From NCBI RefSeq assembly GCF_009914755.1, contig NC_060927.1: DNA of 64,000 bases; one strand, 5' to 3'. The notes below the pieces were generated by a model that saw only the letters and a list, made by a program, of their open reading frames with translations, was not told where the DNA came from and did not search any database. The first letter of the stretch is position 1, and the number at the start of each line of letters is the position of its first letter. Shown here piece by piece: positions 1 through 13,265 of the stretch. The position numbers were made by a program, and so were the translations under genes. This DNA comes from the human T2T-CHM13v2.0 reference genome, Homo sapiens.

Positions 1-1699
1 TGTAAAGCAAAAGACACAAGAATGAAATTATGCCAATCGTCTTTTTTGTTTTGCCTGCTTATGGAGTTTGTTTGAACATGTCTGAATCTTATGATAAATA
101 TGCAACATAACAAAGGATTAAATGAAAAACCATTTAATTTACCGAATCATAGCTTGTAAAAATGTATATGTATTAGTAGTGGGGCAGGGGAGGATTGGTA
201 TAATTAGTACCCCTTAGGAAAATTGTGTCTAGCAGGAAAATGTGTACATGTTTGGCAAAAATTGAGTGACAGGTCAAGAACTCTTCAAGCTAAGAAGATT
301 ATGTCAACAGATGCATTCCCCATCTGCTCACTGAATGCACAAAAATGGAAACCACATTTTTTCTCTGCCTATCAACGGAAGTTCCAGTTATACTCAAAGC
401 ACAAGAATTTTACACCAATCATGCCAATAGCCAAGATGGAGAAATATAAAACGTATGTAAAATGAAGTAAAGCTATTTTATATGATACTATATGTCATTT
501 TATGTGAAATGAAAGGTATTGTCAAAGATAATTTTTCTCTGGTCTGCATTAGAAACTCATACTTCTGTTCCCAAAAGGCACAATCTAACCACACACCAGA
601 ACAGTAAATCTGTGTTTACACCAAAAAACACACAATCTAACTGTGGACACTGACAACGCATGGTGTTATTGGAATAATAGGTCACCAGTATCGCAGATAG
701 ATTATTTAAGCCATTTAGTAACACAATGTTTTGAAAGCTCCCATTTTGAAGTGCTGGGGACTTCCATGAGACGTGGATATTATATGAAACATTCTTACCT
801 GCTAGAGATATACTGACACTTCTTTATCTTTCAGTGATATTTAGGGGCAATTGATGAAAGTGAGTTACTTAAGTTCAATTGAAAATAACAAAAAGTCATA
901 AGAAATTCACCATGCAATTCACTATTCATTGAATGAATCAACAAAGATTTGTAGAGTTCTATTATGTGGCAGGATTTTTACAGGAGCTTGACTACTGTAA
1001 AGAGCAATAAATACATGTAGTAGCTGCCCTACCTGCCCCCCAGCTCCACATTGGTCCTTATTCAATTCTGATCAAAACCAGGCTGCACATCCCTACATTT
1101 TGGCTCACACATCCTTTATAGAGAATTTTTAATCCATCTGAATGCAGCTGCTCAAACTTTGGACTTGAAATACAGGACCTTAATCTACATTTTCCAATGG
1201 CATCAATTATTGCTGTTTCTACTTGCTACTGCGAAGATCCAGGCAAAGCAATACTAAAAATTCGAGACTTTTTCTTCTGATATTAGTTAAGTAAAATTGT
1301 TACTGGGAATGGCTTATCTCTCCATGCTAAGGCAGAAGAATAGTTATAGAGATAACGGTAGTTTCTATTTTCTTTAAGCTAAATACTTTCTGGATTAGGA
1401 TTCCCTGCCTTGCAGAAGTTCTCTACCAAGCTTAGTGCCTGTGTCACAAATCCACTATCAAATTGAGCCACCTGGAATTCTGACAAGATACCAGTTACAT
1501 GGGGACTAAAGTTTTATATCTGTTATATTATTTAATCCTCACAACAAGGCCCTTATGGAAATATGACACAGAGGAGGGTGAGAAGTAGCATTACACCAAT
1601 AAAGCTGATTAAACATGAGAGGAGTAAACCAGATACTCCGGAAATGTAGGGCAACAATAACTATTTCTAAACCAACAGAAGTTCTGAGGAAACCTGGAT

Positions 1700-2125
1700 A
1701 CAGCAGAAATAGAAAAGCTGTGGTAGTCAGTGATTCCCTTCTTAGGGGTATGGAAGGATCAGTGTGTGGATTATCATGGCCAGTTGGCAAGTCAGTTGTC
1801 ACATAGGTTTTTATTCATGACAGGGGATGTTGTTTAACAAGAGCAAATGCGTTGCCTGCAAAACATCTAATGATTTGTGTGGTTAATGCATGATGCTGGG
1901 AGAATAGACAAGGGAAGAATCTTTAGGTGCTTCAAAGTTTTTGGATACAAAACTGTACCACTTGGAAGCACAGATGGTGTTTTCATCACTTCTTTTTTTT
2001 AACAGTTGGGATTCTGGAAGAGATAGAGAAATCTTGGATGTGAACAATTGGTTATGCAGATGGTGATGATAAACTGGTTTGGCCAACAGTTTTAAATTCC
2101 AGGCTGATGGATTCTTATCCATGGA
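1700..2125 (+). mobile_element. Ancient CR1/L3 LINE fragment, ORF1 SGNH-esterase region
   Basis: Translates to RKAVVVSDSLLRGMEGSVC (1711-1767), LEAQMVFSSLL...GRDREILDVNNWLCRW* (1962-2066) and ADGIL (2103-2117). These are collinear with CR1 ORF1 motifs GDSLLRG, AQVVFSS, NxWLxxWC and DGxHL. Confidence 0.75.
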
Positions 2126-3392
2126 AGAATAAGAAGGAGAAGGGGGAAGAAGAAAAAAAGAGGAAGAGGGGAAAGTGGATAAAGAAAATGTATATTAATA
2201 AACAAATAAGAATGTATATTGTTATGTTTCCTTTATGCACTGTCTTTATAAATAGAATCTGAAGAAATAGCTATCCAGAGAAGCAATCAGGGATGCAAAA
2301 TGTTAGCCAAATTTCAGTTGATAAACAACTCTTAATAACTTAATTGAATTCATCACTTGGCATTCATAATGTAGTTATGAGATCTAGGAATCAGTCATTG
2401 GGGGAAATTTCCCAGAGAATTAAAACTACCCATGGAAATCAAGTTTATGCTGGGACAGATGACAAAGCAATAAGACAAGTGAAATCCAGCAGAAACCTTG
2501 GCCAACGGAGACATATTTCTACAATTATGAAGGAAACACAATAAGGGAAAAGGGATTCTTAACAGTAGAAATACCACCTGCACTTAAAATGAAGGGATAG
2601 TCAAGGCTTTGGTTTAGGAAAGTTGTATATGTGAATTCTAACAGTCATACCTACTTTTAGTATATATACTTGGAATGAAGATGGCCAGTTACAGCTTTTC
2701 CAATACAATTTTGTATCAGGCAACTTTCCCCTAAAATATTTATGGTAAAATCATGATATAAAATAATATCAGAATCAAAGGCAATATAACAACCAAAAGT
2801 CCTTCAAAATGGAGGTATTGTATTTATTTTTACATTGAAGATTTGCTGAGTGCATGTTGTATTCTAGGCATTGCCTTGAGACCAGGAGATACTGAGATAA
2901 CAGTTTCTACCCTCAAGGAACTCAACGACTAGTTGGTACAGTCTCATGTGATGCAAAGTGGTCAGGGTTAAAACTGCTATGTGAGTGTCAATAAGCCAAG
3001 GAAAGGCTCTGCTGAGAAAATTAAGTATTAAAAGAAGTTTGAAGGAGAAGATTTTCTTGCCAGACAGAGAAGGGCAGAGGAGAAGAGCCCGCAGTCAGAA
3101 GGAATAGCATGCACCAGGGCAGTGAAGGGTAAAGCTCACTGTATCTGATGGTGTGCAAGGGAGAAAATGCAGGACATGGAGCCATTAAAAAATAAAGTAG
3201 GGTTTGTGAAGGGCTTTGTATTACCTGCTCAAAAAGATTGTATTTTCTAATATGAGTGTCAGAAACATTTAAATATTTTATGCTGCTGTTGAGGTAAGTG
3301 GGAAAACTTTGGCTCATTTGATCAGAACGATTTTGTTTGTTTTAATTGACGTATCTCTTTGCAGTTAAGTTGTATTTTGAAGATGTATCTTC

Positions 3393-3470
3393 TTTTTTCT
3401 TTTAATTATACTTTTAAGTTCTAGAGTACATGTGCACAACGTGCAGGTTTGTTACATATGTACACATGTC
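3393..3470 (-). mobile_element. Very short L1PA 3'-end insertion
   Basis: T-rich tail then ttatacttttaagttctagagtacatgtgcacaacgtgcaggtttgttacatatg, the reverse complement of the L1PA 3' terminus. Confidence 0.85.
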
Positions 3471-4095
3471 TTCTTGAGTGGACAGAGCTTTGTTCACGAA
3501 GTAGCCCCAACAATCCTTTTTTAGCAAATGCATGTCTTCTTACCATGCTATGAAGAAGCACTTGAGCCACCACCCTTAGATAGTGGAAACACTGCATTCT
3601 TTGCCTTCAACATTTGATGAAGACTGAGGTCCTTCCTGTTTTAGAATAAATTTTGATAGCAAGCACAGCAGGAAGCAGTAAACAAAAATGCAGTAAAACT
3701 TGATGGCATTTTCTGTGGCAGTATGTTGTCACCTTTACTATCACCACAGTCTCTACTTCTAGGAAATGCCATCTCTCCTTGTGACAGCTGGCTTTGCCAT
3801 GGTAAAAAGAGAGATCCCTTACTTAACACAATTAATTCCCTCATGCAACTTTAATAAGGTTCAGGGGTGTATCCCCAGAGACACAGTGACAGGAATCTTC
3901 CCTAACATAAATTGATTATTTCCCTCTAGAGTTAAAGAAACCTCTGTTTCCTTGAGTTACTTGCTCCTTTTAGTTCAAGCTAGGATAGTAATTTGTTTTC
4001 TGAAAATGTCAGTGCTTGTTTATGTTCCTGGATCCTGTCAAGACTCTGGATTCCCATTCTAAGTTCACGGTCTCAAAGTTGTGGCAAATGCATGG

Positions 4096-4498
4096 TAAGC
4101 CAGGCACAGAAAGACAAATATTCCACGTCCTCACTCATATGTGGGAGCTAGAAAAATGTATCTCATGGAGGTAGAGAGTAGAATGATGATTACCAGAGGC
4201 TGGGAAGGGAGAGGTTAGGATGAAGACAGGTTGGTTAATGGGCACAGAAGTACAGTTAGATTAAAGGAGTAAGTGCCACTGTTTGACAGCATAGTAAGGT
4301 GATATAATTAACAATCACTTACTGTATCTTTCAAAATATCTAGAAGATCTGAAATATTCCCAACACAAGTAAATGATAAATGTTTGAGATAGTGGTTATA
4401 CTAATTATCCTGATTTGATCATTATACACTGTATTCATATATAAAATATCACATGCATCCTATAAATATGTATAATTATTATATATCAGTAAAAAAAG
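4096..4498 (+). mobile_element. L1MA-type 3' UTR fragment
   Basis: taagccaggcacagaaagacaaata...ctcactcatatgtgggagct...ttaccagaggctgggaagg, ending in an A-rich tail. Confidence 0.8.
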
Positions 4499-4859
4499 AA
4501 TGTGTCTATGCAAAGGTATTTCAATCATGGAAAAATATCTGTTTATTTTGAAAACTAGAAAAATAGTTCATCAGAAATATGTCTATTAACATATCTGTTT
4601 CCAGTTCTTACCCTGAGGCAAACTATTTTTGCATTCATATAGTTTGCTATGAAGATATTTTACTGTGTTTAATCAGTCTCCTACATTTTTAGAGATGACG
4701 CTATTTACTTAATGTTGAATTAACATTTCACCCAGCTTTTTACTCATGAGGCTACCTTTCTGTGTCATTGTGCTCTTTACGTTCTGACTACATTAGGAAA
4801 AATCTCTCAATGCTTTCTTAAGCAATATTTCTTTTTCTACATGATAATATTCTATAGCA

Positions 4860-5080
4860 GAATGAATACCAAACTTAGAAGTCCTAAATTCTAGACTGAA
4901 GACTGTCATTCATGAAATAAGTGACCTTAAAAATGTCCTTTCACCTCTGAGTCTTATTGCTCCCATTTTACAAGTTGAGAAATGATAGTACATCCCTGCC
5001 TTTCTCAGCATTGTTTGTAGATCCAATAGGGAAAGTGTACCTGAAAGCACATTGTATAAATTTACAAACATACAAACATT
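4860..5080 (+). mobile_element. MIR SINE
   Basis: MIR core gtgacctt...cacctctgagtct...gaaatgatagtac. Confidence 0.6.
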
Positions 5081-6984
5081 TATTGAATAACATAATTGCT
5101 GATGTGCCTAAAATTCAAACTTATTCTTCAGAGACTGTGCCTTTATTTAATTCTCAATAAAAGGTCAATTCAAAGCATTTTTATTGGGAAATGAACTAAT
5201 GTAGCCCTAGTGAGTTTCATACAGGAATTTAGCTTGGACAACCTATATGAACGGATGGCTAATGTGCCTCTTTAACCATCTCATTTAGTGGCAGCCTTGT
5301 CTTCTGAAATTATGACACAAGAATTAATCACTTTAAGATGGAACCCTTGTGAATGTAGGTAGTGCAAAGATCCTGGGGTAATGATTTAAGTGTGATTCAT
5401 GTGCTTTAGAATTGAAGCTTGGCAGGTAATGAAATTGACAACCCATAGTGAAGATTTCAAAGCATATTGAATTTTTCTCATATTCATTGTTTCAGTTCTT
5501 AAATGTGAGGCTGAGAGATGTTGTTGTCTTCAGAAGTTTTAGATCTGCTGAAAAGCCTGGACAAGTATTCAGTTGAATCCCTTGAGTTTCATGCCAGCAG
5601 TAGGGCAGAAATAGTTTTGGCCTGGCAATTTCAAGGCAGGTGTTACCAGTTGGTTGCCCAAACCATGGAAAAACCTCCTTCTGGCCTTTTTAAATGCCTG
5701 ACTTTGAGCAGTGTCACCTCCCGATGGACCTGCCAGGGAGAATTAGTTTCAGAATGCACTCACAGTAAGTAGACTGAATTAAGTTGCTGGATGAATTAGG
5801 AATATGTACTTAAATGTTGAAGAATGTCTGCCCAAAACAGCAGTCTTGAATGAATCTTCAGTTCAATGAAGTTGAACTACCTCTTTTTGTTTCCTGATTA
5901 TATTTAGCCCATAGGTTCAGCTGCTTCTATTAGCATTTTGTGGTTCACGATAGTAAAATAAAGTCATAGAAAGTCCTTTATAAAAATACAAAGTATTATA
6001 GCAATGAAGGCAAAACATTACATTATGTTAGTATTATGAATCTAACCAAAGACTAGAAAATACATGTGTGTGTCCTGCTTTCTGAAATATGTTTTCCTCA
6101 ATTTGAAGAATACAAATCTTTTAGAAAAGCTACGTTTAAGTGAAATTCAATTTTCTGGTGGTATTCCATGATTAAAATGCTGATGTGGTCGTTACGAAAA
6201 TAAATTCTCTAATGAATGTTATTATGTATTTTAAGTATAAAATGAAGACTCTTCAATGGTTCTTAAGTGTTTGGGCCATGACAGCTAAATGTCTCACCTA
6301 GAAAACTGAATAAAGTACCTACAACACAATTTGTTGTTTTATAATTCCATGGGGTTTCAGGTTCACTGATGCGTTCCAGGACTCTCAGAAGCCCTGCAGT
6401 GCTTATCTCTACTTACGCACCTTGCAGGTCTTTTTCTTTCTTTCCAACTCTCATTCCATAGCTTTCCCTTTTTCTGCAAACTTTCTCTGTAGCAAATCTG
6501 GTATGAGTTATTTTGTAGCATCCTCACCGTTACTGAAGGCCACTTTGTCTCTGGCCTATAATAAGCATAGGCTTCAACCAGAAATGGCAAGAGTGAGACC
6601 TACCATTCACTAGGTGTCTACTCCAAATAGGTAGTAGTGCTTAGTGTGCTGAGTGCTTTACATGCAGTATCTGCCACTCCACATTGTTTTGAAGTGTCCA
6701 GTGATTTTTGTGCACTATCATGCATCCCATTCATCCAGGGGAAGCGAAATATATCATCAGTACTTTAGAGATGATGGATCTGTATCTCTCATTCTGTTTA
6801 AGAATCCCAAATCACTAATTAAGATTCCCAGACTACTTATGCCCCTCTAGGCTCTTTCAGAATGAGGATGTCTTTAGATCAGGATGTATGTTCATTCAAA
6901 TGCTTAACCTACCCATTCACCCCTTGGGCTTGGTTGGAGTTGGAGCAGCCTTTCAGGCTTTCTTATTAAGAAATTTCTTTTTCA

Positions 6985-7373
<389 letters not shown>

Positions 7374-7404
7374 TCATTTCTCTGAAATGTGGTCACTACT
7401 ATGC

Positions 7405-7444
7405 ACCTCTAACTATTGTCTTTCACTTTGCTCTATCCACATAG
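7405..7444 (+). promoter_or_regulatory. KCNH8: 3' splice acceptor (branch point, polypyrimidine tract, AG) of the KCNH8 last exon
   Basis: ctctaactattgtctttcactttgctctatccacatag directly precedes the in-frame exon. Confidence 0.88.
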
Positions 7445-8149
<705 letters not shown>

Positions 8150-9700
8150 TATTAGTGCCCATGATGCAGCAGCTAATTTCAAACCTACCACTGCATGACA
8201 GTTTTAGTTTGCCTTTTTGCCTCTGGTGGGCATGAAGACTGAGCAAAGCTGGGAATCCTGCAGAAAAGAGTGTGAGGAGCCAGGGAAAGGCAGAACCACC
8301 TCCATGCTGTAGCAAACAATTTCTAGATACTAGAAGCATAATAGAAACATTTTTCTGTACAGGTATTAAACTACTGGTCTGTTTGACAGACTTTGGTAAC
8401 AATCCAAAGACCCTGAGGGTCTGAGCAGCTAGAAGTCCTAGACAAAGAACTTGTGGATGACTTTTGTCCCATGTGGCTTTTGTGAAGTATGGCAAAGGTT
8501 TTTCATGAGTGCCTGATTGTTATTCCTGAACAATATCCATAGCACTGTTGGCCTCAGGAGTGCACAGCTCCTGCTGATGTATTTTTCTTTTTGTGAAGGC
8601 AAAGGGACAATTATCACTGCATGTCATCTCCTAGACAATCAGTCAAATAGAGCTGGTGGCCAGTGGTTAGCTATTCGCACGTTATTTGCCATGTAAATGA
8701 AAACGTCTTTATTTATCAAAAAAACACAGAGGCTATTTTTATATCCTTGGTATGAAATATGTATTTAAACTATTTAAATATTTATAAAGAAATGAATGTT
8801 TTCTTTTCATTTTGGTAAAAAAAAAGCTTGCTGTTTTAACAAGAAATGCACTACTGTTGTGTATAGTAGATCAAAAATTATTTATTACTAAGAGGATGTA
8901 GTTTCCAAAGGAATCCCCCATTTTTTCTGCATGCAGTTTGCAACAAATGTATTCTCATGCTTCTGGATTATAAAAGAAAAGTGAAGTCATATTTTGTTAA
9001 TGAAATAAAAACATGGACTGAGTGTCAACTACATGAGCTTTGGCATGGGGATAGAGAGGCTCCATCTAGGCTCTGCCAACTCATGTCAATGACATGATTT
9101 AAGGTCGTTGTGCCAGCAGAAATGTCTCTCCTCTAGGTATCGTATTTTGTTGCTCAAGAATCCAAAATGGGTCTGTGGACATAGGGCAATTTGGGGCTCA
9201 AAGTGAGGGAGAAAACCTGGGTGTGTCCTTTCCCAGTGCTTTTCTTTTACAAGAGGTAGTAGACTAGTGGAAATCCCCAAATGGAGCCAAGACTTCTGAG
9301 CTATAACTTGTGGGAGTAATACCAGCTTGCAATGGGTCAGCACTTTACCTTTTTTCTTTAAGGCTCCCAACAATGCTATACAGCGCAGTTGTTTCCATTC
9401 CTATTTTTAATAAATCTCAGGGGAAGCCTCAGAGATTACACAGTTAGGATGCTGACACAGTCTAGAATCCATAATGCTCCCTACATCTCACACTAACAGG
9501 CAAATTCAGATGCTGGGATTGGCAATGATTTAAGCACCTTCACTAAAGTCTTATTTTATGTTTTAGAACAGTTACAGTCTAATTGTCTTGGACATTTTGG
9601 GAAGATATATTGGGTTCACATTCTGGAGTTCTCTTTATTTTCCACCACAAAAAATAATCTGAGAATTGTATCATTAAAAGTATCTAAACACACCAAGACT
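8150..9700 (+). other. KCNH8: KCNH8 3' UTR (end approximate)
   Basis: Repeat-free AU-rich sequence after the stop, with AATAAA at 9004-9009 and 9409-9414 and ATTAAA at 9673-9678. Confidence 0.7.
9673..9678 (+). terminator. Candidate distal polyadenylation signal ATTAAA
   Basis: ATTAAA followed by CA dinucleotides about 10-20 nt later and a GT/T-rich tract (ttctgatgttgtatg). Confidence 0.55.
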
Positions 9701-10331
9701 TCTGATGTTGTATGAATCTTGCACCTTAAAACTGGCTAGAGCAGCAGAGAGAAAAGATATTTTTTCTAAGAAAAACAAACACAGGACATGTTTATAAGGC
9801 AGGTCACTCAGAACTCAATGCCTTCTACTTTCCCCCTCTCCAAAATTCGGTCTCTCCCTAAGTTAAAGGGAAAACTGAGACAAAGGCAACATTCTAGATT
9901 TCATGTATTCATTTGCATTCTCCCTTTTGCTCTTCTTGACCTATGTAATCATTTTAAATGCAGTTCAAAAAGAGCTAACTGGTGTTGGCTCACAAGTGTC
10001 CTTCTGGCAAATTACACTGCTATTACTAATGCTAACAAGAATAACTGGCATTCTGTTTCTTGAGTACTGACTTTGTACCAGCCAATTTTTAGGAATTAAT
10101 ATACATTATACTTCCTTATGTATTAATCAAACAGTGCTAACAGTTACTTGAGTTATTTGTTATTATTATCCCTATTTTACAAGTGAATAACTAATTGAGA
10201 CACAGATTTTTTTTAACTTCCCCAGTCACATTATTTTAAATGATTGATAGACCCATGGCTGCTCTAAGTACCCCTCCCTTCATGTTCACACGCATGCTTG
10301 TTGATCTTTGGAACTTCTTTACTAATAATTA

Positions 10332-10766
10332 CAATTGACCACTGAACAATGAGGGGCAAGGGGGCTGGCCCCACACACAATTAAATATTCATATGTAACT
10401 TTTGACTCTCCAAAAATTTAACTTCTAATAGCCTATTGTTGACTGGAAGCCTTACTGATAACATAAACAGTTGATTTACATATATTTTATATATTATATG
10501 TATTATATACTGTATTCTCACAATAAAAAAAGCTAGAGAAAAGAAAATTGTATTAAGAAAATCATGAAGAGAAAATACATTTACTATTCATTAACTGGAA
10601 GTGGATCATCATAAAGGTGTTCATTGTTATAGTCTTCACATTGAATAGGCTGAAGAGAAGGAGGAAGAGGAGGAGTCTTGCTGTCTCAGGGGTGGCAGAA
10701 GCTGAAGAAAATCTGCATATGAGTGGATCGTGCAGTTTCAAACCCATGTTGTTGAAGGGTCAACTA
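10332..10766. mobile_element. Tigger2a/MER28-type TcMar DNA transposon MITE
   Basis: Terminal inverted repeats caattgaccactgaacaa ... ttgttgaagggtcaacta, TA on the left flank, and internal aatagcctattgttgactggaagccttactgataac. Confidence 0.85.
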
Positions 10767-11599
10767 CAACTTTTTTCAAAATCAGTGAATAAACTGAGTT
10801 ATTTTTGCAATGCAAGTAAACAAATAGGATGAATTAGCTAAGTTCTTGGGATTTGGGGATGTTCCCGCGAATTGGCTGGAAACAAGCCCGTATTTTCTAC
10901 CCAGTCCCCTTCTCTGTATTTACTCAACATCTGACTTTAACAGGCATGAGAACAAGCTCCCTGACCTGCATGGAGCTGCAGCTGGACAAAAGTGAGCAAG
11001 CACCTGGAAGGAGGGAGGGCTCCCATGCATTTCTTCCATGAGGACCTCCACCTCATCCAAATCAATCCCATTTTATTCCTTATCGAACCTTTCCCCCATC
11101 TACTCTGACAAATAGGACTCTCCCATATCCAGGGCAGCTCAGGATGATACAGTTTAGTTCTATTTTATTTAAGTATGTGCTAATAATATTCTAGAAAGTG
11201 AGAATTTCAAGTTTTCCTAGATGTTTAATTGTCTAAGCACTGTAGCTACACAAATAGCAAAGGCCCTTGTCTTCTTATCAGGGATGCATTTTTGAGCCCC
11301 TACATTTTCTTCACCTACTCACCCTCTGCTGAAGGAAAGCCCCAGGAACCCAGAGGCAACAAAAGCAGTTATTTTCTTGGTCAAGGTAATTTTCTTTAAA
11401 ATTATATTGAGAATAAATATTTTCTATGCAATTCTAATTAAAACCAGACAGATTATGCAAAACTTCATGTTAATTCAATATAAGAAGAAATTCCTAATAA
11501 TTCCAGCTACTTACAAATGGAGTTTATTGTTTATCCCCAATAGACAAAGTGTCCTCTCAGAGGCTGTGTGAGTATTTGACAGGAATAGTTTTTCCAGAA

Positions 11600-12055
11600 G
11601 GGCTGTGCATTGGATCTGAAGTTAGCAGAATGCCTACATCACAACCACATGGGGTATATATTTGAAACGCAGATAATCTAGCTTCAAGCCAGCTGCTTTG
11701 AATGGGACCTGAAAATCTACCATTTGGTAAACTTCCTGGGTGACTCAAATACACTAAAGGCTGAGAAGTATTGGTCTAGAATCTATAGAAGTACAAGTCT
11801 GAGTCCTAGCTAATCTGTATGTAAGTAGACAACCACTGAAATTCTATTAAGGACAGCCCAGAGTCTGTAATTGTATAATAAAGAAGGCTGATTAACTCCT
11901 AAATCAGTAGTCCTCCAACTTTAGTTCAAATAATGTACTTCTGGGAGATCTTATTAAAAGAGAGATTTCAGGGCTCCAGCTCCTTAGACATGAGCTAGGT
12001 CCCCAAGTGATTCTAATATGTATGTTCCAAGAAATAAACTCTGAAAACATTGTCC
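11600..12055. mobile_element. Two degenerate MER5-type hAT MITEs
   Basis: ...ctgggtgactcaaatacactaaaggctgagaagtattg and cagtagtcctccaactt...ccccaagtgattctaatatg. Confidence 0.5.
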
Positions 12056-12854
12056 TAAGAAGTACAACCTTTCGTTTTATAATGAGCTGGTTCTGTGGGA
12101 AGATGGACCAACTAGAATCAAACCAATTAAAACTGACAAGTTTCTTTCTGTACAGTTCCAAATACATCAATGACCTTTTTTTATCAAAGTAACTGATATC
12201 TTTTCTCCAAGAGAGCTTTGAACACCCATCAATTACTTCAATGAAAAATGATTGTCTACTATGTGTCTTACACCACTTATACCTCTTGATTTGTTATAGA
12301 TCTTTGTTTTCTTGTTTCATTTAGATTTTCTAGAAGAAAAAAGAAAAGTGAAAATACCTTCTGAAGTTTCAAAAATTGGTCAGTTATCTGATAGGAATCA
12401 TATTTGTATGTGAGGCAAGATAACTATTTGGTCAGCAGATGACAGTTGCTGTGGATGTCCCCTATGTGAAATGGAATTGCTAATGTTAAGATTGTGATTT
12501 TATTCATAACAATGAAAACAGCCTGCACCAAATAGTTCTTGCTAAAGCTACTTATTCTCATGGCATATATAGCTCATTTTCTAAGGTCATCTTTTTAAGA
12601 CATTGCTTTTATGTCTTCTTTTTTAAGTATATAGTACTTCAAATGTAGTCTTCTCTTAGATACCATCATCACCGAAAATAGAGCTTGGGTACAAGTGCAG
12701 GCATAGGCTCTATTAAGGGCTCTTCCAAAAGGCTTTCCTTTGCCTATTTATTTCACTTTATAGAAAGGCAAATGGTCCAAATAAATATTAAGCTGAGAAA
12801 GGAGCAGAAGTTTTGGAAGAACACAAAGGAGTGTTTGCCTCCAACCATTTTTTT

Positions 12855-13025
12855 CTTGCTCTGTGATATGGACAAGTTATTTAAGACATCTGAGCCTCAA
12901 TTCCTTCATCTAAAACTTGAAGAATAAAATATATCCAATTTTCAGAGTCTTCGTGAGAATTAATGAAGTAATTTTTGTGAAGGCACACTACCCGACGTAC
13001 AATAAACGCTAAACAAATGTCAGTT
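12855..13025 (+). mobile_element. MIR SINE
   Basis: tgtgatatggacaagttatttaa...ctgagcctcaattccttcatctaaaa...gtgagaattaatga. Confidence 0.75.
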
Positions 13026-13029
13026 TATC

Positions 13030-13265
13030 TTCCTGACCTTTCATCCCCTGGTTCCTTTCCTATTTCCCCCTCCTCCCCTCATCTCCTTCTTACCTCTCCT
13101 TCCTGATTTTTTCACCTTTCCTTGCCCCCCCTCTCCTCTTCCCCAACTTCTTCCTGGCTCTCCCTTTATCTCCAGCCTCCTCCCACTTACATCCTCTCCA
13201 TTCTCTCTTTCCCGCTCCCTCCTCTCCCCTTGGCCCTTCCTCATGCTTCCTCCTTTTCCCTCTCA
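13030..13265. repeat. CT-rich low-complexity polypyrimidine tract
   Basis: About 235 nt dominated by C/T (cctcccctc, ctctcctctt). Confidence 0.85.

Noticed and set aside
5200-5900. Possible cassette exon in unique intronic DNA (ORF 5518-5772)
   Set aside because: No convincing acceptor/donor pair or channel-like peptide; cannot be supported without conservation data.
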